62,972 bases of DNA, filler included, from Octopus bimaculoides (GCF_001194135.2; 4 parts of 4 records of this genome joined end to end with filler, not necessarily neighbours in it), one strand, 5' to 3'; counted from the first letter of the whole stretch, positions 25,640-38,172 are shown. Notes: a model not told the origin generated them from the sequence alone. Translations and numbers: made by a program.

Positions 25640-27559
25640 CATGCACACACACACATATATACACGTATTTGTGTGTCTGTGTCCTCCCGCCATCGCTTGA
25701 CAACCGATGTTAGTGTGTTTATGTCCTCATAACTTAGAAGTTCGGCAAAAGAAACCGATAGAATAAGTACTAGGCTTACAAAGAATAAGTCCTGGAGGCG
25801 ATTTGTTCGACTAAACGCGGTGCTCCAGCATGGCCGCAGTCAAATGACTGAAACAAAAGAATTTTAAAAATACATACATGCATACATACATACATACATA
25901 CATACATACATACATACATGGATTCATATTCGATTTCTTGATAGGTAATTTAAAAATTTCGGCTAAATTACGAATAAAATAAAATAAAAGCCACCATTAG
26001 AAATTCTAAATTGACAACATTGTGTAGTTGTTCGATGGTAAATTTATTTGGTAGGCGTTGTAGCAGCGCAGTGTTAGATACGGCAAATATCGGGAATTCA
26101 GATCCAACCGATAAAAGTGCAAGTTTTTGATGCTGCCAACCATTTCTATACAATCATTAATCGTAGTCTGGGGAATGATCTAGAATACGATTGTTTTTAT
26201 CTTGTTATTATTTAAATCTTTTTAATTGCTACTTTCAATCTATATAGTAGAGAGTTTATATCGTTGTCTGAATAGCAGCTTCAAATACTTACTTATAGAA
26301 AAAAAAAACTTTCATGTTATAGGTGGGGATGAATTGCCGATATACATTGTAAATATTTTTACTGCTTTGTTTCGTCCGTTTACGTTCTGAATTCAATTCC
26401 TGGAAGTAACGTCTCTGTTCTTACTGCCTTTGGGGTTCGATAAAATAGTTACTGGTTTCGACCCAATTCACTATACTCCTCTCCTACAAAAGTTGACCTT
26501 ATTGATGTAAGAAATCAATATCAACGTTATATAAATACTGACTGATGCTAGTAATGCAGATAGTAGTGCTGGCTGTTAAAGCTGTTTGCTATAATTCCAT
26601 TAAACAATTATCTAAAGACCTTCTTTATACACATAACAAATATCTGAATAAACAATATAGACATTACTAAAACATTGATCCAACTACACAAAATATCATT
26701 TCTAAAGTACTGAAAACCATAGTAAGCCTCCTAATACCATTTAATTGGATAATATCAGTTTGATGGAGGAAGATATCTGACAGATATAGTCTGGTGACAG
26801 AATAATAATGCTTTGTCTCACATATGTGATATAGTGAGTTGAAAAACTTTCCGATTGCCTGAGATTGCCCAAGCAAATTATAAGACAGATACTCCTTTTA
26901 TGAATGTTTAACCAGGTGTCTCCCAAGCTAGTAACGGATATAACTCCAATATGATTAGTCGATCGAAATTTCTGTACAAATAGACAATGCAGATTTGAGT
27001 GGATTTAGTTTTCAACGCAAGAAGAGTGGTGAAAACAACGGACATCTTTCGCTCGGTCTTAAAGAACGTCCTAAACGAATAATATCCTACTCGGTTGGTA
27101 AAACTAAGAAGGATCACCATATATGTGCGTGTGTGTATGTACGAAAATAAATGAGTATAATATGCAAACAACAAGAAAACAAATGGAAAACAGAATAAGT
27201 AACACAAAGAACGATCCTTCATCAGTTGTCGGCTGTCTATCTACTCCCCATTTCGAGCATTGAACGACAATACGAGTCTTCGAAGACAGTTGCTCCCATA
27301 AGTACCAAAATAAATTTTGGATTTATGGAGGGTCAAAGTTGGGAACAAAAACAGGACAGTGGAGACATACAAGAAAACCGAACGAAAACAAACATGGAGG
27401 GTCATTAGACCAGAACGAGGGTAAAATAGTGAACGCTGGAGAAATATATACTTTAAAAATAGACAAAATAGGAGAGATAGAATACTCCAATCCTTAGGAC
27501 AGTCCTGAAGGAAAAGAAAGATGATTACGTGAGGAAAAGAAAGATAGACGATGGTTACG

Positions 27560-27659
27560 NNNNNNNNNNNNNNNNNNNNNNNNNNNNNNNNNNNNNNNNN
27601 NNNTTAATTAATTAANNNNNNNNNNNNNNNNNNNNNNNNNNNNNNNNNNNNNNNNNNNN
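27560..27659. other. Artificial 100-bp scaffold linker (44 N + TTAATTAATTAA + 44 N)
   Basis: Identical construction at 42229-42328 and 52216-52315. The palindromic 12-mer gives TAA in all six frames. Confidence 0.95.
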
Positions 27660-27967
27660 AATAAACAGTAACAACACCACTAACAGTTTAGTCAAAATCT
27701 ACACCCTGTTATTATAAACAAACGCACACACACACATACACACACACACACACACATGATATTTATATGTATATAAATTTGTGTGTGCGTGTGTATATAT
27801 ATATATATATGCACATAAATATGTATATGTATTTATGCATATGTATTTATGTATATATATGTATATATGTAAATATATATATATATGTATATGTATATAT
27901 GCATATATATATATATACACATATATGCATATATTTACATATACACACACTCACACATGCACACGTG

Positions 27968-28001
<34 letters not shown>

Positions 28002-28085
28002 CATACATACATTTATATGCATATATTTACACACACACACATACACATACATACATATATAAACGCACACATGCATGCATGCATG

Positions 28086-28126
<41 letters not shown>

Positions 28127-30565
28127 GCACACACACACAAGCACACACACACAAGCATGCTGCTAAATTCCAACTCTGTTAAGTAAACATTTAAAGTTTG
28201 ACAAATTGTATGTATATTTATTGAAGCTGTTTGTTCTTCATCTTTATCTTGCTGTTGCTGAGAAAATGACTTCAGCCCATGGTTTGTTCTAATGAGTCTC
28301 TGCTCTTAAGTGAAACAATGAAATAATGATGTTTTATTTGTTGATAACACTGTTAATGTTTGTTTTCTAGTTGTTTATTTTCATTTAAGGCATCCCATCT
28401 CATAGGGAGGTTACCCTATTAGACTGGCTACAGTGGCATTAAAGTCTGGATTTGGAGCAATAATTTTGAAAAAATAAATGAGTGTGCTCTGGGGAAGAAT
28501 CATGTTAGTGTTGTAATTTCCACTTTTTTGTGAAACAGTTGATGCTTTTACAAGACCAGTTATCATATGTGTACGTAGCTAAATAAGTGGAGGTATGTGG
28601 TTTAGTGGTTAGGGTGTTGCACTCATGATTGTAAAATTGTGGTTTTGATTCTTGGATAGCAATGCATTGTGTTCTTGAGTAAAACACTTTGCTTCATGTT
28701 GCTCCAATCCACTCAACTGGCAAAAATGTGTAATTCTGTGACAAACATTCATCCCATCCAGGAAGGAAATATATACACAAATCCAGGAAACTGGCCTTAT
28801 GAGCCTATGGCTCAGGAAGGACCTTTGATCCTTTTTTGTAGCTAAATGAATTGACATGGTATTCTATTGGTGCTTATTTAAATCAATTCTGAAAGAATTT
28901 AAAAAAATGTAAAGGTCAAACTTGTTATGATTTGAACTCAGAAGTGTATGTGAAATACTGTCAAAAGCCCAATCCTTTGTGTTCCATGACATGATCAATA
29001 AACTGCAACTATAATATTCATTATGACCAATTGACTGGCAAAGATTCCAATTTTAGTATCAATAATATAATTATTTGTTAAGATTTCTAACACATTTTGA
29101 GGGGTGCGGTATATAATCAATTAAACCACACTTATTTTATCAGTGCTAGAAGAATAAATAGCAAAGTTAATTTCTGGTGCAACAATAACACACCTATCAT
29201 CAGGTTTCAAGACTGTATAGAAAGAAATTACAAAAACAAAAGTTTATAACCTTGGTTTGCACATGGAATGAACCACAGTTTATGGCATTTCATAAGAGTT
29301 GTCTTGTTTATTGAAGAAACATTGATGCTAATATATGCGTCATGATTATTTTATCAACAACTGGTGGTAGTGGCAGGAGGTATAAATCTGTATAAAATGT
29401 GGATAGGTTTCAGACATGCAATAGGGTGAGTTGAAAAACTTCAATTAACTAAGATTAGTTGTGCACTTAGTGAACAAAATCTTCAAAAAGCATTTAAATC
29501 TAAAAGTGAAAAAGGGAAATAAATTCAGTTGGAAGTTGTCTGTGACAGAATTGATGAAACCTAATTTTTACTTTTTGAAGACATGATTTCATTATTCGTT
29601 GCATAAGTTTTTTGAAAGTCACGACAGTAATACTAAAATCATTATAGGGTGGCAGCACTAAGCAGTGATGTGTATAAGGACAAGGTTAATACCAGTTCAA
29701 ATATGCTTGAGGTGTGTTTGAGCCTGAAGGAAAGCCATTTGCTGCAAGAAATTTCCTCCAAGACAAAACATGGCGAATGGCTTTCTTATGGGTTCAAATA
29801 TGTCCCAAGTATATTTGAACTGGTAATAACCTTGTATTTATACACATCACTGACTGGTGCTGCTATCCTGTAATTTGTTTATGGTGAGCCGCCGATTAGA
29901 GCTGCTAGTCATTGTATGATGATGGAAATATCATAAAAGAGGCAATCTCTCTCATCAGCTCAGTGCAGCCTGTTCATAGTTTGTGACTGTAGAAGAGATA
30001 ACCACTCTGAAATGGTTGCATCTCATAGTCTGGGCAGGTGGTGCGGTGATGTAATTTTAGGTGTATTTACATGATTTGAATACAGTGACAAAACACTGAT
30101 TGGCTTTCTTAAGTTTATTAAAAAGAAAACCAATTATAATCTGGATTCTAGATTTAGATCTGGATTCTAGATTTAGATCTAGAACTCTAAATCTAGATTT
30201 ATTGAGTCACTAAACTATTGAAATAACAAAACTTAAATACAAACATTTAAAACTAAACAACAAATAACAATGCTTGTTATTATCTCAATGTTATTGGTCC
30301 TAGTCTGAAACATATATATCTATTAACAGTGAATATTCATAATAAAATGGAAGTGAATACCAGGAAATAGTATTGTAACCAAAGGTTGGGACAATCTCAA
30401 TATGATGGCAGGTTGTGTTTATATTCATGGTGACATTGTTCAGAATTTTGTTGACATGAACAACCCAAAATAGATTACTGCTGTGCGAGAGTATGATACC
30501 CCCGACAAGAATGGACTGGACCACTACATATAAATAGTAGTGGTCTGGGTAAGTGAGGGAGTGTG

Positions 30566-31788
30566 AGTTGTCTCATTATTCGATGTATTCCCTCTTGTTT
30601 GATGGGGGGAACGTCGTAGGTTTGTGCCTTCATAATGGAATACGAAGGTTTGAGTTCTTCTTCTGACATTACATCATTTGAGGAAGAGCTGGTTAAAAGT
30701 TTGAAGAGAATAGACGAAGCAATGGAGGCGAAGAATTATGCAGAGGCGAAGAATTATGCAGAGGCGGTGAAAGAGAAAAGTGAAGACATGTATCTGGAGA
30801 AGTTGAGGAGATTCAAAGAAATGCTTAAAAGGAGGGGAGCGACATAAAAGTGTCCCCCCAACAAAGAAGTTTTAAAAGAAAAAAAGAAAAATCCATTATT
30901 TACAGGACATACTCAGCAACAAGAAGGAAAATTGAAATCATGTCGAAGGTTTGAGTTCTTCTTCTGACATTACATCATCTGAGGAAGAGCTGGTTAAAAG
31001 TTTGAAGAGAATAGACAAAGCAATGGAGGTGAAGAATTATGCAGAGGCAGTGAAAGAGAAAAAGCAAAGATGTGTGTCTGGAGAAGTTGACACACATCAA
31101 CTTCTCCAGACGTGTGTCAACTTCTCTGGAAGTTGACAGAGAAGTTGGGTGTCAGCTTCTATTATGTCAGGTGGGTGTAGGACTCCCATCCTACACCCAC
31201 CTGACTCCCACCCACACCCACTCTACCCCAACCTCCCCTACAGACACCAACCCTCTCCATGCTCCACCTGACACAAAGACAAGCACAAGCACACAGGTGC
31301 CCCAAACTTCCCCACCCTTGCCCTGTAAGAAAAAATATGTTATACTGTATAACGGACAAAATGAAAAACTTTATAATGAGATAGACTCATGGGACAGAGC
31401 GATGAAAGTGAATACAACAGAAGTTAGGGGATTGCCTGAGTACTTCCATTGTGTGGTAGCAGACCCAGAGTATCTTTGAAGAGTAAAGGATTATGAGGGG
31501 GACTTTGAGTGGTGGGTCAAGAAAATAGACACCAGCACAATACCAGAATGGGTAAGCTATCTTGAACTTTTAAAGAAATTTAACAGAGACATTCTTTGGA
31601 AAGATGAAAGTTAACTGTTACAAATAATGTTTTAAAAAGAAGTTGCATTAACAGGTTCAGTGAAGTTGCTCGGAAGTGGGGGCTGAACGGCTTCATTTCA
31701 TTTATCATTTTATCTAATTCATCCTTTCCATCCGTTTTCTTTTCTGTCCCCACTATGTGCTGTCCATTCTGTGTGGCTAATAAAAAGA
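30566..31788 (+). mobile_element. Unclassified 1.2-kb insert in the left LTR with an unknown decayed ORF, ending AATAAAAAG
   Basis: Absent from the right LTR. Contains an internal duplication (about 30641-30780 vs 30944-31062), a Glu/Lys-rich ORF and a Trp-rich ORF. Confidence 0.55.
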
Positions 31789-31937
31789 ATGTGTGTTGAT
31801 AATTTAAAGTTTACAGTTTGACTTAGTGGGTTGGATTGTTGGTTCTTAAAAGATTGTTGTTACGCTCCGTGTGATTACTGCCGTTTGTTTTGATTATATT
31901 GTTATTACACTGTTGCAGTGTATTCATTCATCCATCA

Positions 31938-32345
31938 TTGTAGCGTCTGATGCTTCCGAGCATGGATTAGGTGCAGTTTTACTTCATAAATACGAAAACG
32001 GAAGTACAAAACCAGTGGTTCATGTTTCGCACTTGCTAATAGTGGCAGAGACGAGGTATAGCCAAACTGAAAAAGAGGCCTTAGCAATTATTTTTGCAAT
32101 TTAAAAATTTCACTGGTTTCTGCATGGCCAAAGTTTTTTTTATTGCAAACAGACCATAGACCTTTGCAGTTGATTTATGGGTCTAAAAATGGTTACCGAC
32201 TCATACTGAGAACTGCCTGCAATGTTGGGGTGTAATATTACTAAATTATAATTTCAAAATTCAATACATTCCATTGAAAAAAGTCGGTCATGTGGCCTGC
32301 CTTTTGAGATTAATTCCAAAAAATATGAAATCATTAGAAGAGACT
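31938..32345 (+). pseudogene. Gypsy RNase H remnant
   Basis: IVASDASEHGLGAVLLHK...YSQTEKEALAIIFAI*KFHWFLHG...QTDHRPL, with stops and frameshifts. Confidence 0.88.
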
Positions 32346-32988
32346 TGTAAGGGTCTAGCTTGACCCTGCCTGAGATTTGAAACCAAATCCACTGGCTTGT
32401 TGCTTGTCAAAACGAGCAGGAAATACTCTCCACACCAGATGATTGATGAGGAAACACTCAATGCCCTAGGACCTGTGCTGGTCAAGGATAGGTCAGTATT
32501 TTGTTTAGGGTTTGACCTACATTACTGACCATAGTCTATATAACAGAAAGAATTTCCTATCTCTTCCTCTTATATGTCAACTATGACCAAGGAGCAACAC
32601 TCACTTTTGCGTCAGCCTTAACCAAGAGCAGCACTTCTCTCCGCCATTCACTCGACATGCGAAGAGAGGCTTTTGGCCGTAAGAAAAGCGATGCCACCTT
32701 TACCCTTTCTTCCTTTCTAGTAAGCACTACGCTTTCTTTACCCTTTCACTCTCTATGCATTCTTTACCCTTTCTACACTACCAACTACTAACCAACAAGC
32801 CAACCTTGTTACTATCTCTAGAATTGCTGCTGCCTCTTTAACTATCTGTCGGGCAGCGAATAAACATATGTAAATAACATTTCTTCCTTCTTGGTATTAA
32901 TTTTTCGATGTTTACTGGTACTCTGACATGGGAATGTACTCTGACATTATATCGAACTGATATGGCACATCACATCCAGCCCGTTTCA
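32346..32988 (+). mobile_element. Solo LTR nested in Gypsy pol
   Basis: Starts TGTAA, ends TTTCA, flanked by a GACT 4-bp TSD (32342-45 and 32989-92). Internal TATATAA and AATAAA. Removing it restores the host reading SLEETVIVALQAESEMK. Confidence 0.8.
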
Positions 32989-34070
32989 GACTGTTATAGT
33001 CGCACTGCAGGCAGAAAGTGAAATGAAAAGTGTTATGATGAATGTTATCCAAGAACTACCAGTGATGGAACAGGATATAAGAATGAAAGCTGTAGTTGAT
33101 GAGTATATTATGAAAATGAAAGAAGTTTTAAAAATAAACAGAATAAAAATTCAGTTGCCAGTAGTTTTTCAATTTGCGACGATATTCTGTTGTATGTCCA
33201 AAGAGTGGTGGTTCCAACTTCATTGCAAAAAGGTGTATTGCAACAATTTCACAGCAGACATTCAGGAATGGCAAGAACGAAGGCTCTGATGAGAAGTTAT
33301 GTCTATTGGCCGTCTATGAACCGAGATATCGAAAACTTGGTGAGAACGTGCCAAAGTTGCGTGGTCACGGCCAAAGCTCTGCTGGTAAAATATCAATCGT
33401 GGCCAGAGACAGAGAACATATGCTCTAGGTTACATTGACTATACCAGACCGGTAAATGGTGCTTACTACCTAATCATAGTAGATGGCTGTACTAAGTGGC
33501 TGGAGGTTTGCAGGTGTTATAGACCAACCTTTAAGACAACTATAAAGTTGTTATAGGAATTGTTTGCACGATACAGTGTCCCTGACACGCTAGTTTCAGA
33601 CAATGGAATGCAGTTCTCTGGGTATGAATCCGAGAACTTCTGTAAAAGGCATGCGATAAAGCATATTTTCACTCCACCCTACCACCCAAGATCAAACAGG
33701 CAGGTAGAATGATTTGTGGACACCTTTAAGAGAGTGTAAAGAAAAGCGAGGAATGAATTAAGTAACAACGAAGCACTGACAAATTTCTTAAGAATGTATA
33801 GAGTGATCCCCAATCCAAGTACAAATTCAGGGAAGTCTCCTGCAGAATTGATTTCGCAAGAAGAATAAAATCCATTTTTGATAAGCTATTACCAAAGACA
33901 AAAGACGTAAAGGAAATGTGAAAGAGCCAACGAAATACGTCGAGATAGGTGATAAAGTGCATTTCAAAACCTATAGAAACAGTAAAGAAGGCTGGAAAGA
34001 TGGTCTTGTTACTAGAAAAATTGGAAATAAGAGACATATAAACCAACTAAGGAAGAGGCATGCCTAAGAT
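32989..34070 (+). pseudogene. Gypsy integrase remnant (HHCC zinc finger plus rve core)
   Basis: LQQFHSRHSGMARTKALMRSYVYWPSMNRDIENLVRTCQSC; downstream IVDGCTKWLEV, LVSDNGMQF and TPPYHPRSN. Confidence 0.88.
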
Positions 34071-34359
34071 TAGGAAGAAATTCCTATGGACGTATTCTGT
34101 GAAATATTCGATGTACCAGTACCAAAAGTAATAGTCCCTTCAAACCAGCATTAGAAAGAGAAAACAGACTGAACACCTTGATATAATGCCCAAGCGGAAG
34201 AGATACTAAAAACAAAAAAGATATATAAATAAGAAAATTTCTTTATTCCTTTGGAACACGTAATCTCAAAAGGGGAGATATTGTGCAAGAGTATGACATT
34301 CCCTAGCAAGAATGGACTGGACCACTACATATAAATAGTAGCAGTCTGAGTAAGTGAGG

Positions 34360-36525
34360 TAGTTTCCGGGGGACGATGGGCCTGAGCGTAGGGAGGACCT
34401 CACAGACTCCCTTGCCAGTCTACTGCGCCTCTCAGAGAGGGAGATGGAATGCCGTGAAGGGCCAATCTTAGCTGTGGAAGTGGAGGAAGTATTGTTGGAG
34501 TGTGGTGAGGACAGGTTGCCGGGTCGCGATGGTCTCCCCTATGAATTGTATTATACTATGCCAGACTTGTTTGGGAACCTGCTGGCCTGTGTCTTCAACT
34601 ACTGGGAGCAGAACGGGAGTATTCCTGTGTCTGTGAGCCAGGGTGTGGTGGTACTGATCAGGAAGGACCCAAACAAGGGGGACATAATTGACAACTTTAG
34701 GCCCATCACTCTGCTTAATGCAGAGTTGAAGATTCTGGCCAAGGTATTAGCAAAAAGGTTGGCGAAAGTTGTGGATGGTATTTATACAGCAACATCAAGT
34801 TGGCAGTTTGGGTAAACGGTTTCTTTTCGGAGCCTTTCAATATTGGAACTCTTGGTTTGTCAAGATTGTCTACTCTCGCCTCTGCTGTATGTAATGACTC
34901 TCGAGCCACTACTGCGAAGATTGGAGGCGACGAATGGAGATCCACAAGATTTAGGGTATGGAAAGTCAGTCACAACATATGCAATGTCACTGTCATTGTA
35001 TCCAGGGACCAGGACCTACAGAGGGTAGGTGAGGCCCTAAAGGATTACAAAGCGGTGGCAGGAGCAAGAATTAACCGGGATATGTCAGTTGGCTTGCAGC
35101 TTGACACTTGGAGAGGCCGTCCAACTATGCCATCCAACAGTGTTGTCAGAAAATGCTTGGGTCTGGTTTAGTCCAGTGAAGATGCTTGGGTTTGGTTTAG
35201 TCCAGACCTTCAGATAGAGAAGAATTGGAGTGAGGTTGTGGGCAGGGTGGTGTCCATAACTCAGACCTTGTCTGGGTGGAGGCTATCCCTGAAAAGGAGG
35301 GCAGAGATGGCAAATGTGTTTATTGCATCTGTCATAATCTACCACCTAACCGTCATGCCATGCCCCAATTTGTGGCTAAGCAAGTTGGAACGCATGCTCT
35401 TTCACTTCTTGTGGGAGAGCAGGTGGCCTCTTGTAAGGCACTCTATCTGCTGCTAATACCCACTAAAGGGTGGGTTAGGGAAGCCATGGCTAAAGAAGTG
35501 TAGGCATGCACTGAAGTTGAGGCATCTCTGGCTCTACCTGGATGGTGAGCAGGTATGGTCTCTGTTCGTTGATGAGATATTTCCCAGGTTCACCTCTTTT
35601 GGTGAACTGGAATGCTGGATCAGGTGTAGACCAAGAGTGGGAGCTTGGTAACCAGAGTGTCGACAGGGGCTCATGCTTCTCTCTTGAACGAGCAATGCCA
35701 GCAGAGTGGGTACCACCTCGGCTTACTTATAGAGGCTGGTAAAAGGCAAGTGTGATGACGACGTGCATAGATTCTGGGTTTTGATGAAAGTCAGCTTGCC
35801 AACCTGCATTGAAGGACTTTCGGCCTGGACCTATGAACAACTTCCAGAGGTCCCTGGCTTGGCTGTGCTTCCGAAGTGCCTTGCCAGTTTGGGATAAACT
35901 TGTGAGGCATGGTGACATGGATTCGCCTACATGCTCACATTGCGGGCGGAGCAACGAAACTGTTTTGCATGCAATTATGCAGTATCTGAGTCTCTTGGAC
36001 CTGTGAGTTTCTATCGAACGGGCATTGTCACAACTGGGGAGAATACAGCTGTCAGCTGAGTCGATTATTAAGATTGTTCCGCCATCTTCTCTAAAAGCAG
36101 AAGAGAAATTCTGCTTTCTAGCCATAATGGATATAGTAAAAGAGGTGATATGGAGGACGCATAGAAGAGGTATCACATCAGGTACCTTTGTCTCTGGGCG
36201 TGCTTTGGTTAACCTTTTTTTTATATCACTTAAGAGGGAAAACACATCTAGAGAAGGAATGTCTGATGTCAAAAAGATGGAAGTAAGTAATTTGAATGTA
36301 AGTGCCTAATTAAGTGGGGGTGGGAGGACGAAGTAAATGGTTTAACACAGGAATGTGGTTGGTTGGGGTCAAACCCATTCCACGTCCATTCATTCTTTCA
36401 TATTCATTCGCAATTATATTTTTATTCATTATATGTAATCTCATCTGACAAGTCCCCAACCCCTATTTGTCCCGTGCATTGTCCTCTCTTTGTTTAACCC
36501 TGTGGTTTTAATAAAATCATCATAC
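34360..36525 (+). mobile_element. 5'-truncated, decayed Tx1/L1-clade LINE inserted in a Gypsy LTR
   Basis: RT motifs PGRDGLPYELY, IRKDPNKGDIIDNFRPITLLNAELKILAKVLAKRL and LSPLLYVMTLEPLL; zinc knuckle CSHCGRSNETVLHAIMQ; ends AATAAAA plus tcatcat. Frameshifted and internally deleted. Confidence 0.88.
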
Positions 36526-37175
36526 TAATTCCACAGTTCATGTGTTGATAGTACAAAGTTTACAGTTCGAGTTAGCGTGTTGGATTGTTGGTCCTTAAAA
36601 GATTGTTGTTACATTCCGTGTGGTTACTGCCATTTGTTTTGACTATGTTGTTATTACACTGTTGCAGTGTATTTGTTTATCCATAAGGATATAACAATTA
36701 TACAGAATATCAAAGAAAAATGGGTGAAGAAAAAACTTAAGATTTACAAAAGTAAAAAAATTCATTTAGAATTTGGTGAAAAATCAGGTACCTCTCAGTT
36801 ATGTTGTATTGTAGACCTAAAGAACTCACCTCTATACTAATTTCAAATTTAAATATAGATTTAGACTTTATTAAAGCAATAGGATACTTTTCAAGACAGT
36901 GCATTAGTTAACCCATGATAAGTTTCTTGATCATTCAAGGAAAAGTTGAAATTCTGTTAGAGTTTACATATGATATAAAGACAATTCCTGACCAAAATTA
37001 TTTACTATCTTTGAAGAAAGCTGAGGTTCTGTTTAAGTTTTTTAACAACATTTGCCATTATATAGTGGTGAAAAGTTACAGTTTTGGAAAGACAGCATTT
37101 TCCACCTGAAGATAACACTTTAGGGATATCTATTAGAGGACATCGTTAGTGTTCAGTATATCATTAAATATCAGG

Positions 37176-37552
37176 TGTGGAGGCGCAATGGCCCAGTGGT
37201 TAGGGCAGCGGACTCACGGTTGTAGGATCATGGTTTCGATTCCCAGATTGGGTGTTGTGAGTGTTTATTGAGCGAAAACACCTAAAGTTCTATGAGGCTC
37301 TGGGGGTGGTGGTGAACCTTGCTGTACTCTTTCACCACAACTTTCTCCCACTCTTTCTTCCTGTTTCTGTTGTACCTGTATTTCAAAGGGCCAGCCTTGT
37401 CACACTCTGTGTCATACTGAATCCCACCAAGAACTACATTAAGGGTACACGTGTCTGTGGAGTGCTCAGCCACTTTCACATTAATTTCATGAGTAGGCTG
37501 TTCCGTTGATCGGATCAACTGGAACCCTTGTTGTCGTAACTGGAGTGACACA
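37176..37552 (+). mobile_element. SINE family R, CpG-decayed copy
   Basis: Aligns end to end with 3912-4294; 10-bp TSD AAATATCAGG at 37166-75 and 37553-62. Confidence 0.92.
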
Positions 37553-37768
37553 AAATATCAGGAACTAGTGAAATATATTGGGAACATGTTGTTGCTTATA
37601 TTTAGTCTCTTTATCTCTGGCAGGTTTCTGCTGCTCACCTGAAATCTCAAATTATTTGTTAGTGAACAGTGCTAGCCATGTTGATGAGCACAAATTTGAA
37701 TAAATCTTTTGTCTACCCAGCAAATACAAGTTTAAAATAGCATTCTTATATTTTTATGTATTTTACAG

Positions 37769-38172
37769 AACAACTTATTGGACAGCTGTCCCACTACGAG
37801 CTTGTCATACCAACTCTCGTTAATCGGAAAGGAGAATTTCTTAGTTACAACCTGGAAATTTCTGGTGATGAACATGAGCCATCAACAACAAACCGTAAAA
37901 AACGCCAAATTTTTCAAGGCCCTGGTTCTGGACATTTCTGGTCCAATTATTATATCCATGATCGTGTATTCTACAAATTGTCAGCCTATGGCAATGATTT
38001 CCATTTTAATTTGACACTGAATAAGAAACTGGTTTCCAGTAATTTTGTTGTTGAATACTGGGATAAATATGGTGTTAAGAAGCAGCATTTTGATGTCCAT
38101 CGATGTCATTTTGAAGGCTTCAGCTACCAACCATATAAATCAGAAGCTGCCTTAAGTAATTGTCATGGTCTG
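37769..38172 (+). CDS. ADAMTS6/10: ADAMTS6/10-like metalloprotease, prodomain (Pep_M12B_propep) coding exon, phase 1 in / phase 0 out
   Basis: Acceptor ttttacAG (37767-68) and donor GTAAGT (38173). Translation (E)QLIGQLSHYELVIPTLVNRKGEFLSYNL...NRKKR...VFYKLSAYGNDFHFNLTLNKKLVSSNFVVEYWDKYG...CHFEG...AALSNCHGL. From my recall of the family, this matches the ADAMTS6/10 prodomain (LFFKLSAYGKHFHLNLTLN...FTVEYW...ALSNCVGL). RKKR is a furin-type site. Confidence 0.93.

Larger units (their letters stand above)
30482..36686 (+). mobile_element. Internally deleted Ty3/Gypsy LTR retrotransposon (K02A2.6-like pol) with both LTRs interrupted
   Basis: LTR halves are repeated: TGTGC(G/A)AGAGTATGA...GTAAGTGAGG at 30482-30559 and 34282-34359, and ATGTG..TTGATA...GTGTATT...ATCCAT at about 31789-31937 and 36540-36686. 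Polypurine tract AAAAGGGGAGA at 34268-34278. RNase H and integrase lie between; gag, protease and RT are missing. Confidence 0.82.

Noticed and set aside
27040-27235. Minus-strand CTGATGAAGG (27219-27225) as another hammerhead
   Set aside because: No convincing helix II and GAAA at a suitable distance; at best a disrupted remnant.
37586-37700. Short hydrophobic ORF MLLLIFSLFISGRFLLLT just upstream of the ADAMTS exon as its signal peptide
   Set aside because: It terminates at TGA, and there is no phase-1 donor linking it to 37769.
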